Positions 33,701 to 46,303 of a stretch of 64,000 nt of DNA are shown in pieces. The stretch lies in NCBI GenBank assembly GCA_950097015.1, contig CATNEN010000001.1, positions 1,488,001 to 1,552,000 on the forward strand, given 5' to 3'. The notes beneath the pieces were generated by a model. The model did not search any database. It had not been told where the DNA came from and worked only from the letters and a program-made list of their open reading frames with translations. This DNA comes from Macrostomum hystrix (taxonomy: Eukaryota > Animalia > Platyhelminthes). Every line of letters starts with the position of its first letter. Position 1 is the first letter of the stretch. A program made the position numbers and the translations under genes.

Positions 33701-36700
33701 TCAATAAGACTATTCTAAGAATCACATTGATCAATAAGACTATTCTAAGAATCACATTGATCAATAAGACTATTCTAAGAATCACATTGATCAAGAAGAC
33801 TATTCTAAGAATCACATTGATCAAGAAGACTATTCTAAGAATCACATTGATCAATAAGACTATTCTAAGAATCACATTGATCAATAAGACTATTCTAAGA
33901 ATCACATTGATCAATAAGACTATTCTAAGAATCACATTGATCAAGAAGACTATTCTAAGAATCACATTGATCAAGAAGACTATTCTAAGAATCACATTGA
34001 TCAATAAGACTATTATAAGAATCAAATTGATCAATAAGACTATTCTAAGAATCATATTGATCAAGAAGACTATTCTAAGAATCATATTGATCAAGAAGAC
34101 CATTCTAAGAATCATATTGATCAAGAAGACCATTCTAAGAATCACATTGATCAATAAGACTATTCTAAGAATCACATTGATCAAGAAGACTATTCTAAGA
34201 ATCACATTGATCAAGAAGACTATTCTAAGAATCACATTGATCAATAAGACTATTATAAGAATCAAATTGATCAATAAGACTATTCTAAGAATCATATTGA
34301 TCAAGAAGACTATTCTAAGAATCATATTGATCAAGAAGACCATTCTAAGAATCATATTGATCAAGAAGACTATTCTAAGAATCAAATTGATCAAGAAGAC
34401 TATTCTAAGAATCACATTGATCAAGAAGACTATTCTAAGAATCAAATTGATCAAGAAGACTATTCTAAGAATCACATTGATCAAGAAGACAATTCTAAGA
34501 ATCACATTGATCAAGAAGACCATTCTAAGAATCACATTGATCAAGAAGACTATTCTAAGAATCAAATTGATCAATAAGACTATTCTAAGAATCACATTGA
34601 TCAATAAGACTATTCTAAGAATCACATTGATCAATAAGACTATTCTAAGAATCACATTGATCAAGAAGACTATTCTAAGAATCACATTGATCAAGAAGAC
34701 TATTCTAAGAATCACATTGATCAATAAGACTATTATAAGAATCAAATTGATCAATAAGACTATTCTAAGAATCATATTGATCAAGAAGACTATTCTAAGA
34801 ATCATATTGATCAAGAAGACCATTCTAAGAATCATATTGATCAAGAAGACTATTCTAAGAATCAAATTGATCAAGAAGACTATTCTAAGAATCACATTGA
34901 TCAAGAAGACTATTCTAAGAATCATATTGATCAAGAAGACTATTCTAAGAATCACATTGATCAATAAGACCATTCTAAGAATCACATTGATCAAGAAGAC
35001 TATTCTAAGAATCATATTGATCAAGAAGACCATTCTAAGAATCATATTGATTAAGACGACTATTCTAAGAATCATATTGATCAAGAAGACCATTCTAAGA
35101 ATCATATTTATCAAGAAGACCATTCTAAGAATCATATTGATCAATAAGACTATTCTAAGAATCATATTGATCAAGAAGACTATTCTAAGAATCACATTGA
35201 TCAATAAGACCATTCTAAGAATCACATTGATCAAGAAGACCATTCTAAGAATCATATTGATCAAGAAGACTATTTTAAGAATCATATTGATCAAGAAGAC
35301 TATTCTAAGAATCATATTGATCAAGAAGACTATTCTAAGAATCATATTGATCAAGAAGACTATTCTAAGAATCACATTGATCAAGAAGACTATTCTAAGA
35401 ATCACATTGATCAAGAAGACTATTCTAAGAATCATATTGATCAAGAAGACAATTCTAAGAATCACATTGATCAAGAAGACTATTCTAAGAATCACATTGA
35501 TCAAGAAGACTATTCTAAGAATCATATTTATCAAGAAGACAATTCTAAGAATCACATTGATTAAGAAGACCATTCTAAGAATCATATTGATCAAGAAGAC
35601 TATTCTAAGAATCATATTGATCAAGAAGACCATTCTAAGAATCATATTGATCAAGAAGACTATTCTAAGAATCATATTGATCAAGAAGACTATTCTAAGA
35701 ATCATATTGATCAAGAAGACTATTCTAAGAATCATATTGATCAAGAAGACCATTCTAAGAATCATATTGATCAAGAAGACTATTCTAAGAATCATATTGA
35801 TCAAGAAGACCATTACGAGTATAAGAATCCTACTGATCGCGATGACTATTCTAAGAAACATAGAAACAAAAGAAAGATTATAAAAAACAATGATTAGCAT
35901 ACTTTTTCTAGAAGACCTGATTGACAAATATTTCCATTTAACGTAAAAAAATACTTTCTAAGAATTAGGCTCATTTTGATGATCAGTGTTTAGACACTGA
36001 ACGTGAATTAGGAGACATGCTACTCACGCTTTCAATTCCAGACTGAGCTGATTGCAAGTGTCATCGCTGCTCTTTAGCATAGCCTTCAGCTGACTGTTGG
36101 ACTTCTGAGCCTGTTCCAGACGCCTGTTTGGGATTAGGATAATTTAAGGGGAATTTAGTTTATTTGATGAGCTAATTATGTTTGACGAATTAGTATAGTG
36201 AATTGGAAGAGAGGCACTCACTTCGTTCTCGACGTGAGCTTTGCTCGAAGCTCTTCGGCTCTAGACTGCAGCTCAACGCTTAGGCTGACGGCGCGCTCGC
36301 ATTTGTTAGTTAGCTCTCGGTAACTGGCCAGAACTTCGGCCATTTCAGCCGCGTGACTCTCCCGCTGCTGCTGCTGCTGTTGCTGGCGATCTTGACCGCT
36401 TCGCTGAAAGGTACAATTGGGGTAAATACTCACCTCTAAGGAATTAGATCGAATTCTTTGCATACCGCCTTAGCAAAATGATCATTTAATTCTACTGAAT
36501 GACCAGATCATTCTACTGGATGACCAGATCATTCTACTGGATGACCAGATCATTCTACTGGATGACCAGATCATTCTACTGGATGACCAGATCATTCTAC
36601 TTAATGACCAGATCATTCTACTGGATGACCAGATCATTCTACTGGATGACCAGATCATTCTAATGAATGACCAGATCATTCTACTGGATGACCAGATCAT

Positions 36701-39700
36701 TCTACTGAATGACCAGATCATTCTACTGAATGACCAGATCATTCTACTGAATGACCAGATCATTCTACTGAATGACCAGATCATTCTACTGAATGACCAG
36801 ATCATTCTACTGAATGACCAGATCATTCTACTGAATGACCAGATCATTCTACTGAATGACCAGATCTACTGGATGACCAGATCAGTCTACTGAATGACCA
36901 GAATAGCCTACTGAATGACCAGAATAGCCTACTGAATGACCAGAATAGCCTACTGAATGACCAGAATAGCCTACTGAATGACCAGAATAGCCTACTGAAT
37001 GACCAGAATAGCCTACTGAATGACCAGAATAGCCTACTGAATGACCAGAATAGCCTACTGAATGACCAGAATAGCCTACTGAATGACCAGAGAGCCTACT
37101 GAACAGATAATTCTGTGAATAACCAAATCAGTAGCTACTAGATAACCAGAAGCAAAGCTCAAAATTAAAATCTAACAATTCTGTACAAGACTCACCAGCT
37201 CCTGTGATTTCTGATTGTTATCAACTGGCTTTGCGGTCTCCAACTCCGCATTGAGACGAGAAATCTCAGCTTGCAGAGCCAGCAGTTCAGCTTGGCGAGC
37301 ATCGCTTTCAACTCGAACAGCATCAGCAAGCGCTTTGGCCTCTTCGTATTGTTCACGAATATCCAATTCGTTGCTTTCCATTTGCCGCAGTTTCTCTTTC
37401 GTCGATTGCAGCTCGGAGAAAGCCGAATCAAGTTGAGCTGTCTTCTCAACGATAGTAGCCTTCATCTGCTGCATTTCATCAGTTTTAACGAAGAGCTCAG
37501 ATTGAACTGACTCAAGTTGAGAAATCTTCTCAGTTAAGGCAGCTTCAATCTGTTTTGCTTTCTCTTGAGAAGATTCCAGCTCAGATTCCGTCGACTCAAT
37601 TTGAGCAGTCTTCTCAACTAGAGCAGACTCAAGTTGTTGCACTTTCTCACTCAGCAGCTCTAGGTCAGATTCCGCTGACTCAATTTGAGTAGACTTCTCA
37701 ACTAAAGCAGACTCAAGTTGTTGCACTTTCTCGCTCAGCAATTCTAGCTCAGATTCCGCCGACTCAAGTTGAGCAGACTTTTCAGTGAGGACGGCCTCCA
37801 ATTGCTGCATTCTTTCCATGGAAGACTCGAGTTCGGATTCCTTCGTTTTCAGTTGAGAAGATTTCTCAACCAATTCAGTTTCTAATTGTTCGGATTTCTC
37901 TTTAGCCGATTCTAGATCGAATTCCGCGGATTCTAGTTGAGCAGCCTTTTCAACTAAGTCAGCCTCAAACTGCTCAATCTTGGCTTTCATTGAGTCTAGT
38001 TGAAGTTCGACAGTTTTAAAATTCTCAAGCTGAGCGTCCTTTTGAGCCATGGCCTCTTCAACAAGCTTGACAGTGACTTTGGCAGATTCCAGCTCAACCT
38101 CGGTAGATTCTAGCTGAGCAGTTGTTTCAGCCAGGGCAGTTTCCAGTTTGTGAACTTTATCAGCCGCAGATTCCATCTGTTGCTCGGCAGATTCCAATTG
38201 AGCAGTCTTCTCATTTAGGCTGGCTTCAATATCTTCGATTCTGGATTTTAGCAATAGCAGCTCATTCCCTGCAGCTTTAGCAGCTTCCAATTGAGCAGTT
38301 TTCTCAGATAGTTCGGCTTCAATCAGTTCTATAGTGGCTTTCATTGACTCCAACTCAAGTTCGGCAGCCAATGCAGCTTGGAGTTGAGCAGACTTCTCAG
38401 CTAAGGCCGTTTGCACCTGATCTACGGTGATTTTTGCAGACTGCAGCTCCGCCTCAACCGATTCTAGCTGGTCTGTTCTCTCAGCCAGAGCAGCTTCCAG
38501 TTGTTCAACCCTGACCGCGGCAGCATCCGCAATCTCCAGTTGGTCAGCTTTCTCATCTAGGGCGGCTTCCAACTGCTCAACTTTGAGCTTCATCGAATCT
38601 GCCAGCTCAGCATTGACTGTACCCGTGGACTTTAATTTGGCCAGCGTCTCCTCCAACTGCTGAATTTTCTGCTTGGCTAATTCCAGTTCTTGTCTGAGAT
38701 CATGCTCAGCTTGAGCAGATAGCTGATCGCAGCTCAAGTCGGTCAAGGCCAGCTCAGAATCACGAGGGCGTCTGGAAGGCAAGCGTCAAACAATGGGATA
38801 AAATTAATGTCACAGTTTGTGGATCGAGAAGAGCATACATTATCTGGGATTATGGTGTTCTAAAACTGAGGGATCTGGGATTATGATGTTCTCAAACTGA
38901 GGATCTGGGATTATGATGTTCTCAAATTGAGGATACAGGATAATGATGTTCTCAAATTGAGGATCTGGGATTATGATGTTCTTAAATTGAGGATCTGGGA
39001 TTATGATGTTCTCAAATTGAGGATCTGGGATTATGATGTTCTCAAACTAAGGATACGGAATTATGATGTTCTCAAACTGAGGATCTGGGATTATCCTCAT
39101 TTTAGGTGAATGATGGCCTTCACTAGAAAAGTTTTAGGAGTTACCTACAGATCAGTCACTCACCTGGCTGCAGGATTAGCGGCAGCAGCAGACATGGCCG
39201 ATACACGCAAGCTAGGCGGATTAATGCCGCAGGTGACAAACACCGCGCCCTGATCCTCATCGTCCTGCACAGTTTCAGCGCCGGCCGCAGCCTCTGTGGT
39301 TGCCCCCTCACCGCGGCCGACAACCAAGGAGCTGCCGGGACAAGTTGTCACATTGGTCAGCGAAGACGCTATCGACATGCCCGGAGGCGCCGGTTGCTGA
39401 GCTGGAGCCGCGGAAGACGGCGGCGGCGATGGCGGAGTTGCCCACTCGTCTGCGCCCGGGTCAGTGTCCAATAGTAGATCGCGTTGAAGATTTTCACTCA
39501 AGCGATGATGGTGGTGATTGTGGCGATGATGGCGACGACGATGATGATGCTGCTGCTGCTGTTGTTGATCTTGGTCGTCAATCAGGAAGCTGGATGCTTC
39601 CGCAACTGTAGAAATTAGGAAGTGAATAAATATATTAGTTAGAATGGATTCATGGGACGTTAAAGGGAAAAAGTACGGAAGAAAATGGAGTGTGGAGCGA

Positions 39701-42700
39701 AATAAGGCCTAAGAGAAGGATATGAGTAACTTAAACCTATGTAAACTACGTGAGATTAGACCGAGGTGAGATAAATCAAGGTGTGATGAGTAAGGAGAGA
39801 TTAGAGCAAAATGAGACTAGACTAAGATGATATTAGAGTAGGATGTGAGATTAGGCATAACAAGATTATTAGAGCAAGATCAGATTAGAGCAAGGTGTTG
39901 GGGTGTAAGCAGGTGGAATTGTAGTTACCAGCGCCAGCTAGCAGTGCCTCAAGCATGCAGCCAATACGCCCGAATCCTGTCATCGCCTGTTGCACCTCTG
40001 CTACGTGGTCTTGCAGATTGCGCATAGCCAAAGCGTTCTCTTCCTCCATTGAGCGCAGGCCGGGCGTTGTTGGCGGATACATACAGGCAAAGCCGCCTCC
40101 GATGCCACTGATGATGGAAGTGTCCCGCAATTGATGCCCGTCAAGAGCCGGCGCTGTCTGATTCATCATAAACGAATTGTCCTCGCCGCCAATTAGCCTA
40201 GTTGAAGAATTTCTAGTACCGGCTCCGCCAAAAACAGACGCCGAGCCTAGCAGAGCGGTGACATTGCCTACGGTGGTTGATAGGGCCGCTTGTAGGCCGG
40301 CCTCTGCACCGCGTAGTTGACCGAGGAGACGATCGAATACGCTTTTCAACTGGCCGAGCTCAGCGGCTGTCATACCAGCGGCTGCGTTCATTGACATCGG
40401 CAGCAGTTCAGAGCGCATCTTGGACACCTAGGGGAGTAGGGGTGGAGGATACTTGTTGATGGCTAATCAGAAAGTAACTGAAGATAGGAGTGATAGCCAA
40501 TCAGGAAACACCTAAAGAGGGGGTGATGGCCAATCAGGAAACACCTAAAGAGGGGTTGATGGCCAATCTGGAAACACATAAAGAGGGGGTGATGGCCAAT
40601 CAGGAAACACATAAAGAGGGGTTGATGGCCAATCAGGAAACTTCCAGAGAGGGGGTGATGGCCAATCAGAAAACACCTAGAGGGGTGATGGCCAATCAGA
40701 AAACACCTAGAGAGGGGTTGATGGCCAATCAGAAAACACCTAGAGAGGGGTTGATGACCAATCTGGAAACACCTAGAGGGGTTGATGGCCAATCAGAAAA
40801 CACCTAGAGAGGGGTTGATGACCAATCTGGAAACACCTAGAGGGGTTGATGGCCAATCAGGAAACACCTAAATAGGGGGAGATGGCCAATCACCCGAAGT
40901 GAAGGGGTCATGAAGGACAAGAAAAAATAAAAAACTTGCTGTCTAAAGATATACTCGTTTGCTGTTAAGAAAAAAACATGCAGATCGTTTAACAGTTACA
41001 TTTCTTGCGAGCTAAAACCGTAAACCGTAAACCGTATTCTTTTAAACGAGCTAAAACCGTAAGAATATTTCGTTTCATACAGATAACTAGAATCTGCTAA
41101 TCTAAGCTGGCTTGCTAAAAGCGGCCAGACTGAAAGAGTAAAAGACCGGGCAATAAAAGACAATACAGTCTTGAAATTCTCAAAATATCTAGCAAAGCAA
41201 TAATCAGAATAGGCCAAGCATGCAATATTGTTAGTGCTTTAGTACTTTAAAATATTGCGCGACTAAAAAACCTGGCCCAAATATTTTTTTCTTTATCTAA
41301 GACTGAATAAACAAGGCAAGGTCCAGTTTTCCCATTGATTATTAAGAATACTACGTGCATAAAATATGTAAGCAAACGTGTGACACAAACAGATTGGGCT
41401 TCTCTGCACAGGAAAAGACACCTAGTACAATAATAATAGGCTCGTAGCAATTGCAGTAAATGAATTGAAACTAGTAGAAATTGCCACGGAAAACGCTTCG
41501 AAATGGTCACGGAGATCAAGAGAAAATGGTCATGAAGAACAATAGAAAATGGCCATGGAGAACAATAGAAAATGGTCAAGGAGAACAATAGAAAATGGTC
41601 ATGGAGAACAATAGAAAATGGTCATGGAGAACAGGAGAAAATGGTCATGGAAAACAGGAGAAAATGGTCATGGAAAACAGAAAAAAATAGTCATGGAGAT
41701 CAAGAGAAAATGGTCATGGAGAACAACAGAAAATGGTCATGGAGAACAATAGAAAATGGTCATGGAAAACAGAAAAAATAGTCATGGAGATCAAGAGAAA
41801 ATGGTCATGGAGAACAATAGAAAATGGTCATGGAAAACAGAAAAAATAGTCATGGAGATCAAGAGAAAATGGTCATGGAGAACAACAGAAAATGGTCATG
41901 GAGAACAATAGAAAATGGTCATGGAAAACAGAAAAAATAGTCATGGAGATCAAGAGAAAATGGTCATGGAGAACAACAGAAAATGGTCATGGAGAACAAC
42001 AGAAAATGGTCATGGAGAACAATAGAAAATGGTCATGAAGAACAATAGAAAATGGTCATGAAGAACAATAGAAAATGGCAATGGAGAACAATAGAAAATG
42101 GTCAAGGAGAACAATAGAAAATGGTCATGGAGAACAATAGAAAATGGTCATGGAGAACAGGAGAAAATGGTCATGGAAAACAGAAAAAATAGTCATGGAG
42201 ATCAAGAGAAAATGGTCATGGAGAACAACAGAAAATGGTCATGGAGAACAACAGAAAATGGTCATGGAGAACAATAGAAAATGGTCATGAAGAACAATAG
42301 AAAATGGCCATGGAGAACAATAGAAAATGGTCAAGGAGAACAATAGAAAATGGTCATGGAGAACAACAGAAAATGGCAACGGAGAACAGGAGAAAATGGT
42401 CATGGAGATCAAGAGAAAATGGTCACGGAGATCAAGAGAAAATGGTCATGAAGAACAATAGAAAATGGCCATGGAGAACAGGAGAAAATGGTCATGAAGA
42501 ACAATAGAAAATGGCAATGGAGAACAATAGAAAATGGCCATGGAGAACAATAGAAAATTGTCATTAAGAACAATAGAAAATGGTCATGGAGAACAATAGA
42601 AAATGGTCATGGAGAACAATAGAAAATGGTCATGGAGAACAATAGAAAATGGTCATGGAAAACAATAGAAAATGGTCATGGAGAACAGGAGAAAATGACC

Positions 42701-45700
42701 ATCGAAAACATGAAGAATGGTCATGAAAAACACGTGGAAATGGTAATGTAATAGAGGTGCACAGATTTTTGTTAAGGATGAAAATGCACTCACCTCATCC
42801 ATCATTCCGTCCCTAACTAGATCTGACACGCTCAATTCTGCGTCGATAACAGCGTCTGCATCGCCAATAGCAGAAGTGGCAGCAGCAGCATTGGAGTCGC
42901 CAGTAGCCGCTTCAGTGGCGAAGTCGACAGAATTGGAAGCAGCAGCAGCAGAAGTTGGCTTCTCAGCGAAGGCAGACTGCAAACCCATGCTGGATGAAGG
43001 AGTGCCGCCGCCGCCGCCGCCGCCGCTGCTGCTAGCCAGAGAAGTGATGCACAGGTGATAGAAGCGGCGACCACTGGCATTCAGACACTGTTGGGCCTCA
43101 GCGCTGATGCCTAGGAGCTGCTGCTGCTGCTGCTGCTGCTGTTGGTCTAGATCAACTGCGGCCGAGCCTGCCGTTGTTGACATTAAACTGAGGGCGCCTA
43201 AACCTGGATAGAAGTACGGGTTTAGGTCGGGGGTTCGAATCTGAGTAGGAATCTCAGTGCGTCCGACTCGGGACTTAAAGGTCGGGGGTTCGAATCTCAG
43301 TAGGAATCTCAGTGCGTCTAACTCGCGACTTGAAGGTCGGGGGTTCGAATCTCAGTAGGAACCTCAGTGAGTCGGACTCAGGACTTTAAGGTCGCGGGTT
43401 CGAATCTCAGTAGGAATCTCAGCTGAAGGTCTGAAGTTCAAATCGTTTTTAATAGAAGTTTGGACGGGTGCGGCGGTTCCGGCCCTGTCCATGGACAGGT
43501 GGAAGCGCTGCGTCTGTGACTGGGCCTCTGGCTAAATTACAATAATGTCCCACTGTAACAACAGTTCACCTTCAACAAGAGCTGACACTCCGCCGGATCT
43601 GCCAAACTGGCTTGAGCCGACATTCGCGCCTTGGCCGCTAGCGGCAGCAAGGGAGCCGACTGTTAAACTGCGCCGATTCAATGCGCCAAGCTTGACACTC
43701 TCCCAGAAGGAGCCAGCTTCGTCCACAATGTCGCCTTCGTTCTGGAGACCGTCGCAGTTGTTCCGCTGGCCAGCGCTGCTGTTAGCCGCCTCACTGGCTA
43801 CCGGAGCGGCTGCGGCTGCGGCAGCTTTTTCGGCATTCAGAGACGCAACCTCCTGCTGAAAGTAGCAATAGTCGGAAAGTTTTTTAGACGTTTTTATATA
43901 ATAATTTGCGCACTGAGCTACTTCAAGTAAGCGATAGCAGTATAAAAATCCAACCCTATCGAAGAAATATTAACTTACCCTGTACTCGTCAAGCAGCTGA
44001 TTGAGTTCTTCAATTTCGGCTCTACTTTCGTTAAGCTGCGACTCCAAGGTCTGAAAACGAATAATTTTTTACTATGTTAAATCTGATTAGATGACATGGT
44101 GTTTATTGACAAACGCTTGATTGTAATAGCTACTCCCACCGTTTACTCTTAAACCTAGGTCAGGTATTGATTATGAAACAAGCGAGAGGTGAGACACGGG
44201 AAAGATGAGACAGGAGAGATGAGACACGGGAGAGATGAGACACGGGAGAGATGAGACACGGGAGAGATGAGACACGGGAGAGATGAGACACGGGAGAGAT
44301 GAGCTTTACTCACCTCAATAACAGTGCCAGCCTCGACCAGGGAAGCATTAGCAGCGGCCAGTTCTTTGTTGAGCTCGGCCACTTTGTCTGGAAGTGATGC
44401 CAATTCTAGGCCGCATTGTTCAGCAGCGGCCTCCAGTTCTCGCAGTCTGGCAGCGTCGGCTTCAGCGCTAGCCAGGCGTGACTCGAGCTTGTGCTGCCTG
44501 CGCCAGGAGCCCTGCAGTAGTCCGGCCATTTTAGAGACTCGCTGTTCGTTCAAATCTGCCGCCTGCTGCTGCTGCTGCGGCGGCTGCGGCCCGGAGCCAG
44601 ACGATGTTGAAGCGCCGGAAGCTCCAGCTATTCCCGAAGATATTTGACCTTCGAGTTGATCGCGGAGTTTTGCGCAACATGATAAAGCATCGTCCCGCTC
44701 CAGTTTGACAGCTTTCAATTGTTCGTCTAGAACGCTTAGAGCTTCGGAGCCTTCTGTTAGAAGTCGACGCTTCGAGTCCAGCTCTCTGGTGAGGCTCTCG
44801 ACTCGAGATTCAAGGTAGGCGACTCGATTCTAGAGCGAGTGTTTTGGGATTCTCGAGATTCTCATTGCTAATCAATGTGTGTGGATTTGTGATTCTCATT
44901 GCTAATCACTGTGTGAGGATTAGGGGATTCTCATTGGTAATATCTGTGTGAGGATTCGGGATTCTCATTGCTAATCAGTGTGTGAGGATTAGGGGATTCT
45001 CATTGCTAATCAGTGTGTGAGGATAAGGGATTCTCATTGCTAATCAGTGTGTGAGGATAAGGGATTCTCATTGCTAATCAGTGTGTGAGGATAAGGGATT
45101 CTCATTGCTAATCAATGTGTGTGAGGATTAGGGGATTCTCATTGGTAATATCTGTGTGAGGATTCGGGATTCTCATTGCTAATCAGTGTGTGAGGATTCG
45201 GGATTCTCATTGCTAATCAGTGTGTGAGGATAAGGGATTCTCATTGCCAATCAGTGTGTGAGGATAAGGGATTCTCATTGCTAATCAGTGTGTGAGGATT
45301 TGTGATTCTCATTGCTAATCAGTGTGTGAGGATAAGGGATTCTCATTGCTAATCAGTGTGTGTGGATTTGTGATTCTTCATTGCTAATCACTGTGTGAGG
45401 ATTAGTGATTCTCATTGCTAATCAGTGTGTGAGGATAAGGGATTCTCATTGCTAATCAGTGTGTGAGGATTCGGGATTCTCATTGCTAATCAGTGTGTGA
45501 GGATTAGGGGATTCTCATTGCTAATCAGTGTGTGAGGATAAGGGATTCTCATTGCTAATCAGTGTGTGAGGATAAGGGATTCTCATTGCTAATCAGTGTG
45601 TGAGGATTTGAGGATTCTCATTGCTAATCAGTGTGTGAGAATTCAGGGATTTACATAAATGAGTGACAGTGATAAACTACTAAGCTCACCAGATCCGTAG

Positions 45701-46101
45701 ACACATCGGCGCCATTGGTGACCTTGTCAAGCTTCTCTTTGAGATGATAGCAGTGCAATCGCAGATCAAAGTTCTCTTGAATTAGTTTGGTCATCTTCTG
45801 CAAGGAAAATCAATAATATGCAATGTTTAAAACAATAACGTTAGTGCTTTTAGGAATAAATATAGAATCAAAATGTGAAATAAGACTCACCTCATCCGGT
45901 TCGGCATTATGAGCAATGTTGGCAAACTTTCGCTCACTCTTTGGCGCTCCGCCTTAAAATTGTGATAAAAAAATAAAATCAATTATAATTATAATACTAG
46001 ATTACAAAACGAGATTGAAACCTTTCAGTTTGATTCTTACCGTGAGGAAATGGTGATGGCAACTGGCCAAATGTCGAGTCCTGTGTATATACATCGCTCA
46101 T
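30705..46101 (-). CDS. Centrosomin / CDK5RAP2 / myomegalin-like pericentriolar coiled-coil protein (CM1 at N-terminus, CM2-like C-terminus), at least 14 coding exons, ~1833 aa
   Basis: Phase-consistent exons: 46041-46101 (acceptor at 46129), 45891-45952, 45690-45797, 44314-44829, 43979-44050, 43570-43855, 42794-43203, 39929-40427, 39164-39605, 37196-38771, 36222-36403, 36028-36123, 31724-32388, 30705-31231. CM1-like 'KLIQENFDLRLHCYHLKEKL...LESRVESLTRELDSKRRLL' compares with CDK5RAP2 LKKENFSLKLRIYFLEERM. C-terminal 'LSATENLLARAKEHL' resembles the end of CM2. Extensive heptad coiled coil. Confidence 0.8.
31378..31635 (-). mobile_element. SINE family A copy in the last intron of the centrosomin-like gene
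   Basis: Reverse complement of the family A head, CORE-like part and 3' tail (tacacctgcctcaattgggtcagatgtg). Confidence 0.75.
32450..35860. repeat. 30-bp minisatellite (ATCATATTGATCAAGAAGACTATTCTAAGA)
   Basis: ~110 copies filling the intron 32389-36027. Confidence 0.97.
36485..37103. repeat. 21-bp minisatellite with two sub-domains (GACCAGATCATTCTACTGAAT / GACCAGAATAGCCTACTGAAT)
   Basis: Tandem copies; the variant switches near 36870-36900. Confidence 0.93.
38843..39094. repeat. 30-bp minisatellite (TTATGATGTTCTCAAATTGAGGATCTGGGA)
   Basis: ~8 copies in the intron 38772-39163. Confidence 0.9.
40455..40892. repeat. 31-33-bp minisatellite (GGGGTTGATGGCCAATCAGGAAACACCTAGAGA)
   Basis: ~13 copies next to the 40427 acceptor. 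Confidence 0.9.
41500..42728. repeat. 23-bp minisatellite (AAAATGGTCATGGAGAACAATAG)
   Basis: ~53 copies next to the 42794 donor. Confidence 0.93.
43224..43445. repeat. ~55-bp tandem repeat derived from the SINE family A tRNA head
   Basis: Unit contains gcgtc.gactc.cgacttgaaggtcgggggttcgaatc, matching the SINE A head; 4 copies. Confidence 0.8.
44185..44302. repeat. 16-bp minisatellite (GAGATGAGACACGGGA)
   Basis: ~7 copies; same unit as inside the hAT element at 15419-15773, in the opposite orientation. Confidence 0.9.
44847..45650. repeat. 29-30-bp minisatellite (GGGATTCTCATTGCTAATCAGTGTGTGAGGATAA)
   Basis: Fills the intron 44830-45689. Confidence 0.93.
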
Positions 46102-46303
46102 TCGTGAATCGTAAACCAGAGGATTGAAACTAAAAAATGATAAAAAGAAGGCATCGTTACCTATAAAAGTACTTCCTTAAATTTCCACCACATTTAATTG
46201 TGCTTCGATTGTAGATTGATTTAGATTTTTATTGGCAACTTTAGTCTATGGCCTTTTCATTCTAAAAATATGTATTAACACATTAGCAAACAAAGGACTA
46301 TTA

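Noticed and set aside
32378-35927. 990-aa and 965-aa ORFs (ILRIVFLINM / TILRIILIKK repeats)
   Set aside because: Translations of a stop-free 30-bp intronic minisatellite, open on both strands. The flanking exons splice across it in phase.
40428-42793. End-to-end complementarity between the two arrays of this centrosomin-like intron
   Set aside because: Only ~7 nt (ATG(G/A)CCA), largely palindromic; too weak to count as support for the bridge model.
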